Source: a virus
Taxonomy: Duplodnaviria; Caudoviricetes
Length of the DNA stretch: 64,000 nucleotides
Strand: one strand, 5' to 3'
Virus record (IMG/VR): IMGVR_UViG_3300031867_005256
Coordinates: 4,636-68,635 of that record
This document shows positions 1 through 9,889 of this stretch, in pieces. The stretch's first letter is position 1. Each line of letters opens with the position of its first letter. The translations under genes were made by a program, and so were the position numbers. Below the pieces are notes generated by a model. That model searched no databases. It had not been told where the DNA came from and saw nothing but the letters and a program-made list of their open reading frames with translations.

Positions 1-3000
1 ACAGCTTATGCGGGTGCGGTTTTACAGAGCCGCGCCCTCGTTGATGTAAGAGATTGTATTAAGCCTTCCGCTCGACAAATTTTTTATTGTCTATATACAG
101 ATAAATTTTTACCTAATAAGCCTTTTAAAAAGACACTTAAAGCAATAGGCTCTGCAATGAGGACTTATATACACGGTAGACAAAGCGTCTGAAAATAGAG
201 AATATAAATTTTGGTCTAATTTAAAGAATGTATATTTGAGTTTTTCTAATATAAATAGATAAGAAAATAAAGGAGTGCTATTTATGGAAAAACTTAAAAA
301 AGATATTATTAATGCTATTACTTATTTAAAGCAAAACCCCCATACAAGTGCAACTAAAGCTGGACAAATTTTTAATGTCAGTAGAAAAATTATTGCAAAG
401 TATTTAAAAAATGATGAATATAAAAAATTTATATATGAAAGCCCTACCGAAGAAGAGTATCTTTATTATTTCTCTGCAGAAGAAAAAGCTGCAATAGATG
501 ATTATGACTATTGTTTAACTTATGGATATTCTCGTTTTAAAGAAAAACATCCCAATGCTCCTGCAAGGAAAGAGACTTTAATTCGTTGGCTTGTTATTTT
601 AGGGATAGACCCAAAAATATAGAAAAGGAATAGTTATCATTTTAATAGAAATGCTTTTCAAACTATCAAAACTGAAGAAGATGCTTATTGGTTAGGCTTT
701 ATTACCGCAGATGGTTGTATTGTTAATGAGCAAAGATTGTCCATAAATCTTGCAGAAAAAGATAAAGAGCATTTAGTTAAATTCTGTAAGTATTTACAAA
801 TGCCAGAAGAAGAAATTGATATGATTATTAAGACTTCTACTGGCGGAGCCTACACTAGAGACAATCCAGTAAGCGTATTAAATATTTGTTCAGTAGATAT
901 TGTCCATAATTTAGAAGATAAAAAAATTTGTGCAAGAAAGTCTGGAGCAGAAATTCCTTATATTTGTAGTTCTATAGAATTAGAAAAATCCTATATTAGA
1001 GGTTTAATAGATGGCGATGGCTATATTAGAGAAACCCAATATGGATTAGGATTAGTAGGGAGCTATGATATATGTCAATATGTACAAAATTTTATTTCGC
1101 AAAACATTAAAGATATATCTTCTAATAATATCCGAGAACATGGAACAATTTATAAATTAGAATTAACAGGTAAGTTATAGTCTTAGTAGATATTAGATTA
1201 CTTATATAAAGATGCCAAAATTTATTTAACTCGTAAATATTCTCTTTATAAAACACGATATTGCCGTGGCTAAATTCCGGAATTAAACGGGAAGGCTAAG
1301 TCGAAAGATATGCTAATCCGAACCGAAGGCTAATCTAAGATTAGTCAGGGGCAACGCATAGGGAGTGAAAAGATATAATCTCCCCACGAGGCCGGAACAT
1401 TCTAATTTAATAAGAATGAAAAGATATGCTGAACTTATAGGAAACTATAAGAGCCAAAGGATAAAAAGCCTTTGGGATAACAAATTGGACAGTAGCGCAG
1501 AGGGAGTTATGCTTAGAGCCTCACAGGATTTTGCAATGCGTTATCCTCTTGTTGAAGTTGAAGGTAATAATGGTAATTTAATGGAAAGCGGCAACTGGGC
1601 GGCTTCGAGATATACTTCTTCTCGTTTAACAAATGTTTGTGTATCTATGTTTAATAGCATAGACAAAGAGACAATAGACGAGTGGAGAGATAATTATGAT
1701 GATACTGAAAAGTATCCCGCAGTTCTTCCAACCAAAGGCTTCTATAATATTGTAAATGGAAGTTTTGGTATAGGAACTGGTGCTGGCGCAAGTATCCCGC
1801 AGTTTAATCTTAAAGAAATTAATAAAGCAATGGAGAAACTTCTCCTTAATCCTGATATTTCTTTTGATGAAATTTATTGCTGCCCCGATTTTGCAACTGG
1901 CGCATATCTTTTAAATGAAGCAGAGGTTAAGGCGGCACTTGAAAAAGGCAATGGCGGGTCTTGTAAGCTCAGAGCAAAAATGAAGTTTGATGAAAAAGAC
2001 AAATGTTTTATTGTGACAGAAATCCCTTATGGTGTTTATACGAACACTATTTGCGGAGAACTTGAAAAGATACTTGAAGACATTGATAATCCCGGTGTTG
2101 AAAGATTTAATGACTTAACAGGTGAAAAGCCTCTTATTAAGATTTATTTAACAAAAGATACAGACTATAAGAAAGTAGAGAAATATCTTTATAAGAAGAC
2201 TTCTTTACAGTATCATTATACAATAAATCTTACAATGTTAAAAGATGGAAGATTTCCTAAAGTATTTACATGGAAAGAGACTCTTCAAGAGCATATAAAT
2301 CATGAAATAGAAGTCTATACAAGAGGTTATCAGTATGATTTAAAGAAAATCCTTGCTCGTATTCATATAATTGAAGGTCTTCTTATTTGTCTTGCTTCTA
2401 TTGACGAAGTTATTACTGAAATTAAAACTTCTTCTTCAACAGCAGAAGCAAAACAGAGATTAATAAAGAAGTTTAAACTTTCAGATGAGCAGGCAGATGC
2501 AGTTCTTCGTATGAAGTTAGCAAGTCTTGCTAAGCTTGAAGTTAAAAAACTTGAAGATGAAAAGAAAGAATGCGAAGAAGAAAAGGCCAAGATAGAAGAA
2601 ATACTTAATGATAGAGACAAGTTAAATGAACAGATTATTAATGGTTGGAGAAATATCTCTGTGACATACGGCGATTCCCGCAGAACTGAAAGTGTTACAA
2701 TTATAGATGAAAAGGAAGAAGAAGTTCTTCCAGAACCTGAAGATATTGTAATAACGGTATCAACTAATAATAAGATAAAGAGAACACCTGTAGGAAAAAT
2801 CAAGAGACAAAATAGAAATACCAAGGGAACACAAGTAAACAGTGAGGTACCTCTTGTAGTATTAAAGACTAATACTATTGATATACTTTACCTTTTTACA
2901 GACAAAGGAAGAATGTATAGTCTTAATGCGGGCGCTCTTGAGGACACAGATACTTTTGTTCATTTCTCTCGTTATCTCAATATAGAAAATGATGAAACGA

Positions 3001-3611
3001 TTATTGCAGTAACAGCAAAACGCAGAGAAATAACAGACAAATATGTAGTATTTTTTACAAAGAACGGTTATCTTAAAAAGTCAAGTATGGATGAATATAA
3101 GATGGCTAAGAAGAAAGTTGGTCAGCAAGCAATAAAACTTGAGACTGGTGATGTTATAACCAATGTTGTCTTTGCAAATGATAGTGATGAAGTTTTTGTG
3201 ACAACAGAAAATGGCATGAGTATTAGATTTGACCTTGATACAGTTAATCCAATAGGTCGAGTAGCACGTGGAGTAGTCTCTATAAAACTTGATAAAGACG
3301 ATAAGGTTCTTGCAGGTATTATTCTTAATGCAGAAAATCCTTTCATTCTTGCCATAACGGAACAAGGTAATGCAAAGAAAGTATCTATTGCGGAGTTTCC
3401 CTCACAGAGACGCGCAGGTAAGGGTATTACTTTAAGCAAAGAAAAACTTGCAGGCGTTCTGAATATAAATGGAAATGAAGATATAGCTGTAAATAGTGGC
3501 ATCCGTAGTATTTGTATTCCTGTAAATACCATTCCTGAAATGAATAGAACTGCTCTTGGTGTAAAGACCATTAAAGACGGCAAAGTTTCATCTGTCGCCA
3601 TAGTAAGATAA
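1..3611 (+). CDS. gyrA: Type IIA topoisomerase subunit A (GyrA/ParC-like), 5'-truncated by the window; exon 1 = 1-177, exon 2 = 1488-3611
   Basis: Exon 1 reads ...RALVDVRDCIKPSARQIFY...TYIHG and exon 2 resumes DSSAEGVMLRASQDFAMRYPLVEVEGN. Splicing restores the HG-D motif. Active-site AASRYT and C-terminal beta-pinwheel repeats (QRRAGKG) are present. Confidence 0.93.
178..1487 (+). ncRNA. Group I intron in gyrA (1310 nt)
   Basis: Exon 1 ends in U (cacggt) and the intron ends in G (caaattg). IGS GCCGUG (1263-1268) pairs with CACGGU. Core at about 1270-1487 with Q-like aatccgaaccgaag, R-like gcaacgcatag and S-like aagatatgctgaac (P7 GCAUA/UAUGC). Confidence 0.9.
284..1273 (+). CDS. Intron-encoded LAGLIDADG homing endonuclease, 329 aa with 4 in-frame TAG read as Gln
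   Basis: Reading through TAG joins ORFs 275-622 and 737-1180. Motifs AYWLGFITADG and YIRGLIDGDG, C-terminal ILDYLYKDAKIYLTRKY. RBS AGGAG upstream of ATG 284; ends in TAA. Confidence 0.9.
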
Positions 3612-3612
3612 G

Positions 3613-3636
3613 ATAAGGGGCTTATGCCCCTTATTT
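3613..3636 (+). terminator. Rho-independent terminator after gyrA
   Basis: Hairpin ataagggg-cttatg-ccccttat followed by a T-rich run. Confidence 0.7.
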
Positions 3637-3663
3637 GATTTATATAAAAAAATATGTTATAAT
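3635..3663 (+). promoter_or_regulatory. Sigma-A/70-type promoter upstream of ligA
   Basis: TTGATT-N17-TATAAT with an extended -10 TG. Confidence 0.8.
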
Positions 3664-3698
3664 TATTATAGAAAATGAGAAATAAAGGATGTGAAAAA

Positions 3699-5648
3699 AT
3701 GGATGAACTTCGTTCACTCATAGATTGGTTAAATGCTCGTACGATAGAGTATGATAAAGGTTCACCAACTGTAACTGATAAAGAGTGGGATGAAAAGTAT
3801 TTTGAGTTAAAGAAGAAAGAAGAAGAAACTGGAATATATTATCCCGATTCTCCAACACAAAGTCTTACAACAGATTTTGAAGTTGTTTCAGAATTAAAGA
3901 AGGTAGAACATTCTCATCCTATGCTTTCTCTTAACAAAACAAAAGATATGGATGAACTGAAAAATTTTATCAGAAGTACGAAAGAAAGCTGTATTATGAT
4001 GCAGAAAATGGATGGTCTAACAGTTTCTCTGGAATATAAAGATGGCTACCTTATAAAAGCGGAAACCCGCGGCAATGGATATGTGGGAGAAGATGTTCTT
4101 CATAACGTTAAAACAATAAGAAATATTCCTACTAAGATACCTTATATAGATCCTCTCATTGTAGATGGAGAAGTAATTAGCACATATAAGGATTTTGAAC
4201 CTTTCTCTGATATGTATTCTAATACTCGTAATTTTGCGGCAGGCAGTCTCCGCCTACTTGATTCCAGAGAGTGTGCAAAACGTAATCTTACTTTTGTAGC
4301 ATGGGATGTTCCCTCATCCGCATATGATAATTTAGCTGATAATTTGCAGTTTCTTTCAGACTTAGGTTTTACAACTGTCAATTGGCATCTTATACTACCT
4401 AATAATTGGACAGACGATTGGATTGAGTCAAGTGTTTCTTATTTGAAGAAAGAATCACAAATTCATTCTTATCCTATTGATGGATTTGTCGTTAAAATTA
4501 ACGATAAGAAAAGGTATGCGGAGGTAGGCACTACCGCACATCATCCAAAGGGAGCGTTGGCACTCAAGGAGTACGATGAAGAAGTAGAAACTGAACTGAC
4601 CGATATTGAGTATACAATGGGTAAAAGCGGAGTTCTAACTCCCGTAGGCATTTTCCGCCCTGTAAATATTCTTGATGCTGTTGTTTCAAGAGCAAATCTT
4701 CATAATCTTTCTGTTATGGAGAACACTTTAGGAAAACCATATAGAGGACAGAAGATAACTGTTTTTCGTGCAAACATGGTAATACCGCAGATTTCAGGAG
4801 GAGAAATACCTTTAGAGCAAGTTGATTTTTTTGAAGTTCCCAAGACTTGTCCTTATTGCGGCAGTCCTACACAAATTATCACAGATAATATAAAATCTGT
4901 TTTAACTTGCACGAACGAGAAATGCGGAGGTCGCATAAACAATATTATAGAACACTATTGCTCTAAGAAGGGCTTGGATATAAAAGGTTTTGGTGAGAGA
5001 ACAATTAACTTTCTTCTTGGAAAAGGATGGATTACAGATATCTCAGATTTGTATACTCTTGAGCAGTATAAAGATGAGTGGGTAAAGTGTGATGGTTGGG
5101 GAGTTACCTCAGTCAATAATCTATTATTTAATATATTGAATAGTAGAGAGTGTGAACTGCCTAACTTTATTGCGGCTATTGGTATCCCCGATATTGGTAT
5201 AACAATAGCAAAGAAGATTTGTGAACACGTATCCACTTATGAAGAGTTTAGGAATCTTATAAATAGTAATTATGACTTTACTCAATGGTATGGATTTTCT
5301 TATGAGACACAGAAGAAGCTGGTCAACTTTGATTATTCTATTGCAGATAGAATTTATAATAATTACCTAACAATTTCTGAATATAAGAAAGAAGAAATTC
5401 AGGAGTCTCCGCTTAATGGAGCGAAGATAGTTATTACTGGTAAGCTATCAAAATTCAAATCAAGAACACTTGCAAAAGATTATTTTACAAAACTTGGTTG
5501 TAGTGTTACTGACACTGTAACAAAATCTACTACTTTTCTTTTGAATAATGATAAAAATTCTACAACAGCAAAGAATAAAAAGGCGCAAGACCTTGGTATT
5601 CCTATCTATACAGAAGAAGAAGTGTATGAAAAATATAATTTGACATAA
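3699..5648 (+). CDS. ligA: NAD-dependent DNA ligase
   Basis: HSHPMLSL, KMDG adenylation motif, TRGNGYVGEDV, Zn finger CPYC...C...C and C-terminal BRCT (KIVITGKL). Confidence 0.95.
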   Translation: MDELRSLIDWLNARTIEYDKGSPTVTDKEWDEKYFELKKKEEETGIYYPDSPTQSLTTDFEVVSELKKVEHSHPMLSLNKTKDMDELKNFIRSTKESCIMMQKMDGLTVSLEYKDGYLIKAETRGNGYVGEDVLHNVKTIRNIPTKIPYIDPLIVDGEVISTYKDFEPFSDMYSNTRNFAAGSLRLLDSRECAKRNLTFVAWDVPSSAYDNLADNLQFLSDLGFTTVNWHLILPNNWTDDWIESSVSYLKKESQIHSYPIDGFVVKINDKKRYAEVGTTAHHPKGALALKEYDEEVETELTDIEYTMGKSGVLTPVGIFRPVNILDAVVSRANLHNLSVMENTLGKPYRGQKITVFRANMVIPQISGGEIPLEQVDFFEVPKTCPYCGSPTQIITDNIKSVLTCTNEKCGGRINNIIEHYCSKKGLDIKGFGERTINFLLGKGWITDISDLYTLEQYKDEWVKCDGWGVTSVNNLLFNILNSRECELPNFIAAIGIPDIGITIAKKICEHVSTYEEFRNLINSNYDFTQWYGFSYETQKKLVNFDYSIADRIYNNYLTISEYKKEEIQESPLNGAKIVITGKLSKFKSRTLAKDYFTKLGCSVTDTVTKSTTFLLNNDKNSTTAKNKKAQDLGIPIYTEEEVYEKYNLT

Positions 5649-5823
5649 TTATAAAATTATGTTATAATTATTATAGAAAATGAGAAAAGAAATAAATTAA
5701 GTCATAAAGAAAATATTTGATAACAAATAAAATTTATGATATAATTTATATATAAGAAATAAAAAAGTTTTTAATTGTATCGTAAAGAAAATATTTGACA
5801 AAAAATAAAATTTATGATATAAT
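5640..5823 (+). promoter_or_regulatory. Three tandem sigma-A promoters (5640-5668, 5717-5745, 5795-5823)
   Basis: TTGACA/TTGATA-N17-TATAAT three times, each with an extended TG. Confidence 0.8.
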
Positions 5824-5830
5824 TTATATA
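5705..5830 (+). repeat. Near-identical ~48-bp direct repeat (5705-5752 and 5783-5830), each copy containing a promoter
   Basis: taaagaaaatatttga(t/c)aa(c/a)aaataaaatttatgatataatttatata occurs twice, 78 bp apart. Confidence 0.85.
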
Positions 5831-5870
5831 CAATAAAAAACAAAATAAAATTTTTAAGGAGAGATTTATT

Positions 5871-6137
5871 ATGGCAAAGACAAGTGCAAAGGCAATCGAG
5901 ATTTATGAGTATGTGAAGGCTCACGAGGCAGAGAATATTACTGCGGCAGACATCGCAGAGGCAACTGGCTACGATGTAAAGGTAGTCAATGGTACTATCA
6001 CTGGTGCATTTTCTAAGAAGGGCTTCATGGAGAGAGTTCCCGCAGAGATAGAGCTTTCTGATGGTTCTCATAAGCCTATCAAGCTGATTAAGCTCACTGA
6101 GGCTGGTAAGTCTTGGGTTCCTGTTACTGAGGACTAA
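5871..6137 (+). CDS. Small winged-HTH-like DNA-binding protein
   Basis: ITAADIAEATG helix-turn-helix pattern and C-terminal LTEAG wing; strong RBS AAGGAG. Confidence 0.65.
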   Translation: MAKTSAKAIEIYEYVKAHEAENITAADIAEATGYDVKVVNGTITGAFSKKGFMERVPAEIELSDGSHKPIKLIKLTEAGKSWVPVTED

Positions 6138-6235
6138 TAACTAAGGCGGCAACGCCTTTACATAAGAAGAAAGGGAGAAAAAGAACCTAATGAATAATTA
6201 GCGGACTTTTCTCCCGCTTTTTATTAATAAGTAAT

Positions 6236-7132
6236 ATGACAATATTTTTAATAATTATAAGTTTAGTCTTATGCGGATTTCTTATTTACACTTATTCTTT
6301 ATCAAATCAAGAGAAGATAAAAGCTAAAAAATTTGAAGAATAGTTAAATGTCGCTTTAAAATAGCAGGCTATTTGTTAGAAAAATTATGAATAGCAGAAA
6401 TTTTTAAGTGCGGGCTATGAGCATACGATAGAACTATTAAGATAGAATATTATTGAAGAGTATACTTCCGAAGAAGCGAAACTTCAACAAGAATTAGAAA
6501 CTTTAAAATATGAATTAGAGAATACTAATTAGTTATATGATTAGGCTTTTCATAGATTACAAGAAACAGAAATGAAAGCGGATGCTGTTCAGTGTCAAAT
6601 GGAAGCACGAGTTGCCGCATTACAGAGAGAACAAAAGATAAAAGATAATCTTTCTGACTATTGCTTGCAAGTTTCAAATGCGGACTTACAAGATATTGAG
6701 ACATTAGAAAAAATTAAATCAAAACTTAACAAACCCCGCATTTTATGTATGTTAATTTGGTAGACATATTTTTAGAAGCAATTAACCACTTTAAGCAATA
6801 AAATCCTTGGAAGCAAGGTTGTCTGTGGTATCTATAAGATAACAAATCAGCTTGATAATCAGTGCTATATTGGTTAGAGTACGAATATCAAGGATAGATG
6901 GGCTGATCATGTTAAGTGTGGATTAGGGATAGACACCCCCGCAGGAAATAAACTTTATGATGCAATGCAGAGAGACGGAGTTTGGAATTTCTCTTTTGAA
7001 TTATTAGAAGAATGTTCAAGAGATATGCTAAATCAAAAGGAGAGAGAATATATTTCAATATATGATTCATATAATTTGGGATATAATAGCACTTCTGGTA
7101 ATAAAACCATTAATCTGATAATAAGAAAATAA
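6236..7132 (+). CDS. N-terminal TM + coiled coil + C-terminal GIY-YIG nuclease, 298 aa with 10 TAG
   Basis: One open frame when TAG=Q. N-terminus MTIFLIIISLVLCGFLIY is hydrophobic. CGIYKITN...CYIG[TAG]STNIKDRW is a canonical GIY-YIG motif. Confidence 0.8.
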
Positions 7133-7161
7133 TTGATTTTTATTATAAAATATGTTATAAT
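7133..7161 (+). promoter_or_regulatory. Sigma-A-type promoter
   Basis: TTGATT-N17-TATAAT. The same architecture occurs at 8457-8485, 10962-10990, 16721-16749, 19897-19925, 24239-24267 and 30690-30718. Confidence 0.8.
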
Positions 7162-7196
7162 ATATATAGAAAATGAAAAAGGATGGTACTTTAACA

Positions 7197-7826
7197 ATGG
7201 ATAAGATATTTAGAGAGATTGATATAATTGATAATATTTTTAATTGCAAGAGAGATAATGTTGATGTTGCAACAGTAATGGATTTGTCTGCATCTCTTAA
7301 CCGAGAAATTCATATTCCTGAAGTTCTTGAGGGATGCGGCGGAGAGGTTGACCTTGCTGTTCGTTACTGGAACAGACTTGATGAAGAGAAGAGAATACCC
7401 GTTGAAGAGAGACAGCCGATTCTTTTCTATATAGATTGCTCTGGTGGTAATCTTACGGATGCTTTTATGATTTCTGATACTATTAAGCAGTCTAAGACTC
7501 CTGTTTATACAATTGTTACAGGCGCCGCGCTTAGTGGAGGATTTATAATCGCTATTTCTGGTCATAAGAGAATAGCTTATCCTCATGCTTCGTTTCTTTT
7601 CCATGAGGGCAGCGGAGGTTTCGGTGGAGATGCCAATAAGTTTGCTAATTTTGCTCTTTTTTATAAGAAGCAGCTTGAGCAGATGAAGGATATTATTCTT
7701 AATCAGACTTCTATAACAGAAGAGAAGTATAAGGAAATAAAGAATGATGACTATTGGATGACTGCGGATGAAGCGCTTGAACTTGGTGTAATTGATGAAA
7801 TTTATGGGAGTGATACAGTAATATGA
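7197..7826 (+). CDS. clpP: ClpP-like (S14) peptidase
   Basis: PILFYIDCSGG, TIVTGAALSGG (catalytic Ser), FLFHEG (His) and DDYWMTADEALELGVIDEI. Confidence 0.85.
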   Translation: MDKIFREIDIIDNIFNCKRDNVDVATVMDLSASLNREIHIPEVLEGCGGEVDLAVRYWNRLDEEKRIPVEERQPILFYIDCSGGNLTDAFMISDTIKQSKTPVYTIVTGAALSGGFIIAISGHKRIAYPHASFLFHEGSGGFGGDANKFANFALFYKKQLEQMKDIILNQTSITEEKYKEIKNDDYWMTADEALELGVIDEIYGSDTVI

Positions 7827-8455
7827 AGATAATTGAACCTTCTGTTGAGATTATTGATTGTCCCGCATGGTAGGAAATGTTTGAACGCATTGAGAAGTGC
7901 GGAAGAACTTGTTATAAGAGTGAAAAGAGCGTTACTCCTGAAAGTGCAGAAAAGTTTATCAGACAGATTATTAAGAGTGGGCATGAAAGTGTTCTGGAGC
8001 ATGAAAAGATAACAGTTAAAGTAGTGTGTGACAGGGGAGTCACTCATGAAATTGTAAGACATAGACTTGCAAGCTATTCTCAGGAAAGTACAAGATATTG
8101 CAATTATGCTAATGATAAGTTTGGGGCAGAACTTACTTTTATTAAACCGATTTTTTGGGATGAAGATAGCGTTCCTTTTCATGAATGGGTAGCTATGATG
8201 GAAGATATAGAAGAAATTTATCTCCGCCTTATAGCGTATGGAGTAAAGCCAGAAGAAGCAAGGTCTATCCTTCCTAATTCCCTAAAGACAGAAATCGTAA
8301 TAACAATGAATCTTAGAGAGTGGAGACATTTCTTTAAGATGAGACTTTCAAAGCGGGCGCATCCGCAGATGAGAGAAGTAGCTAATCTTATTTGGGAGAC
8401 ACTGAAAGAGAGAGTTCCTATTGTTTTTGATGAAATTCAAACACAGGAAACCTGA
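7823..8455 (+). CDS. thyX: Flavin-dependent thymidylate synthase (1 TAG at codon 17)
   Basis: GHESVLEH, HEIVRHRLASYSQESTRY and EARSILP. The N-terminus MKIIEPSVEII is in frame through one TAG. Confidence 0.93.
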
Positions 8456-8491
8456 TTTGATTTCTAAGAAAATTTATGGTATAATAATATT

Positions 8492-8905
8492 ATGACAAAG
8501 AAAAAGAAAATATTTCTAAGTGAATTTTGGGGTTTGGTTCATGCTGCTCAAGAGAATGGAGAAGAGCCGCCCTTTTCAGAAGAGTCTATTTCTTTTGTTG
8601 AAGAAACTCTTATGGAAGAGCCAATATTGACAGATGCGGCAAGAGCAATTCTGTATTATTTGCAAATAAAAGAAAAAGAAAATAATAATTTTACATTAGC
8701 TTCTGATTGCGCAAGATTTTTACATACAACTGGTTATAGTTTAATTCCCTCTTTTAAAATTCTTGCTCGTTACGGACTTATTACTCATTCTTATGTTGGA
8801 CATGATGAAATAAGCGGATACAGTTTAACAGATAAGGGAAGAAAATTTGAGCCATTAGGAAAAACAAAAAATATAAATGATATAATTTTAAGTATTATAG
8901 ATTAA
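8492..8905 (+). CDS. Hypothetical protein, possible winged HTH
   Basis: Intact ORF behind a promoter; C-terminal YSLTDKG wing-like motif. Confidence 0.5.
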   Translation: MTKKKKIFLSEFWGLVHAAQENGEEPPFSEESISFVEETLMEEPILTDAARAILYYLQIKEKENNNFTLASDCARFLHTTGYSLIPSFKILARYGLITHSYVGHDEISGYSLTDKGRKFEPLGKTKNINDIILSIID

Positions 8906-8920
8906 AGGAGATATATAATT

Positions 8921-9868
8921 ATGAAGAAGCATTTTATTAACGAAGCAAGAATTGAAGGATATGTTTATCAGCATACTCTTCAGGAAAAGACGGTGCAGAA
9001 CACAGCTTCCGCAAATTTTGGTAAGCCTTTTATAAATGGTTCTGTGTTTGTAGCAACTGATGAAGATGGTCTTAATGTTGTAGAAGTACATTATTCTTAT
9101 GTACCGCCCGTAACAACTAAGGAAAAGGCAAATCCCAATTATAAGGCTCTCAAGAGGATCATGGAAGGCCCGACATGGATAGAAAATGGCAAGGATGAAG
9201 CTACTAAGGTTATCCTTCAGCCCTCTGTTGCTATAAATGATTTTTATGACCCCGAAGGAACTCTGGTTAGCGCAAAGAGACTGGAAGGCGGATTCGTTAC
9301 AATATGTGAAGGTCTTGTAGAACTGAATCCTAAGCTGGAAGATAGAAATAAGTTCATTGTTGATATGGTAATTACTTCTGTTAAGTTGGTCGAGGCGGAT
9401 GAAGAGAAGGGGTATGCTGAATATGCAGAAGTAAGAGGTTGTATTTTTGACTTCAAGGGAGCACTTTTCCCTCTGGATATCCGCATGAGAAATTCTGATG
9501 GCATAAACTGGCTGCTTAATCTGGACATTTCTCCGCAGAACCCTTATTTCCTCAAGCTGTGGGGTAAGGTAGTTTCTGAAACAGTTACAATAGAGACGAC
9601 AGAAGAATCTCCTTTTGGTGAGCCTCTTGTTAGGACAGTTCAAAGAAGTCATAAGGAATGGGTTATGACTGGTTGTAATCCTGATACAGAGCCTTTCGGT
9701 GAGGATAGCACAATCAATAAGGAAGAGCTTGATGCAAAGGTTCAGGAAAGAAATGTATATCTTGCTACTGTAAAGAAGAAATCTGATGAGTATCGTGCTC
9801 AGAAGAACAGTGGCAATAAGACTGTGGCATCTGTTCCCGCATCTTCTCCTGATGGTTTTAATTTTTGA
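8921..9868 (+). CDS. Probable phage ssDNA-binding protein
   Basis: Position before an AAA ATPase and helicase; OB-fold-like beta pattern and a C-terminal ...DGFNF tail. Assignment is inferred. Confidence 0.55.
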   Translation: MKKHFINEARIEGYVYQHTLQEKTVQNTASANFGKPFINGSVFVATDEDGLNVVEVHYSYVPPVTTKEKANPNYKALKRIMEGPTWIENGKDEATKVILQPSVAINDFYDPEGTLVSAKRLEGGFVTICEGLVELNPKLEDRNKFIVDMVITSVKLVEADEEKGYAEYAEVRGCIFDFKGALFPLDIRMRNSDGINWLLNLDISPQNPYFLKLWGKVVSETVTIETTEESPFGEPLVRTVQRSHKEWVMTGCNPDTEPFGEDSTINKEELDAKVQERNVYLATVKKKSDEYRAQKNSGNKTVASVPASSPDGFNF

Positions 9869-9889
9869 TTGAAAGAGGAGGAATAAATT

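Noticed and set aside
1365-1487. N-terminal 41 aa of track ORF 1365-3611 as part of GyrA
   Set aside because: This is the intron catalytic core read in frame. The true N-terminus is exon 1.
2363-5236. Minus-strand ORFs opposite gyrA and ligA (2363-2824, 3122-3721, 4142-4381, 4955-5236) and similar ones elsewhere on the + arm
   Set aside because: Antisense shadows of real genes, with no RBS or recognisable motifs.
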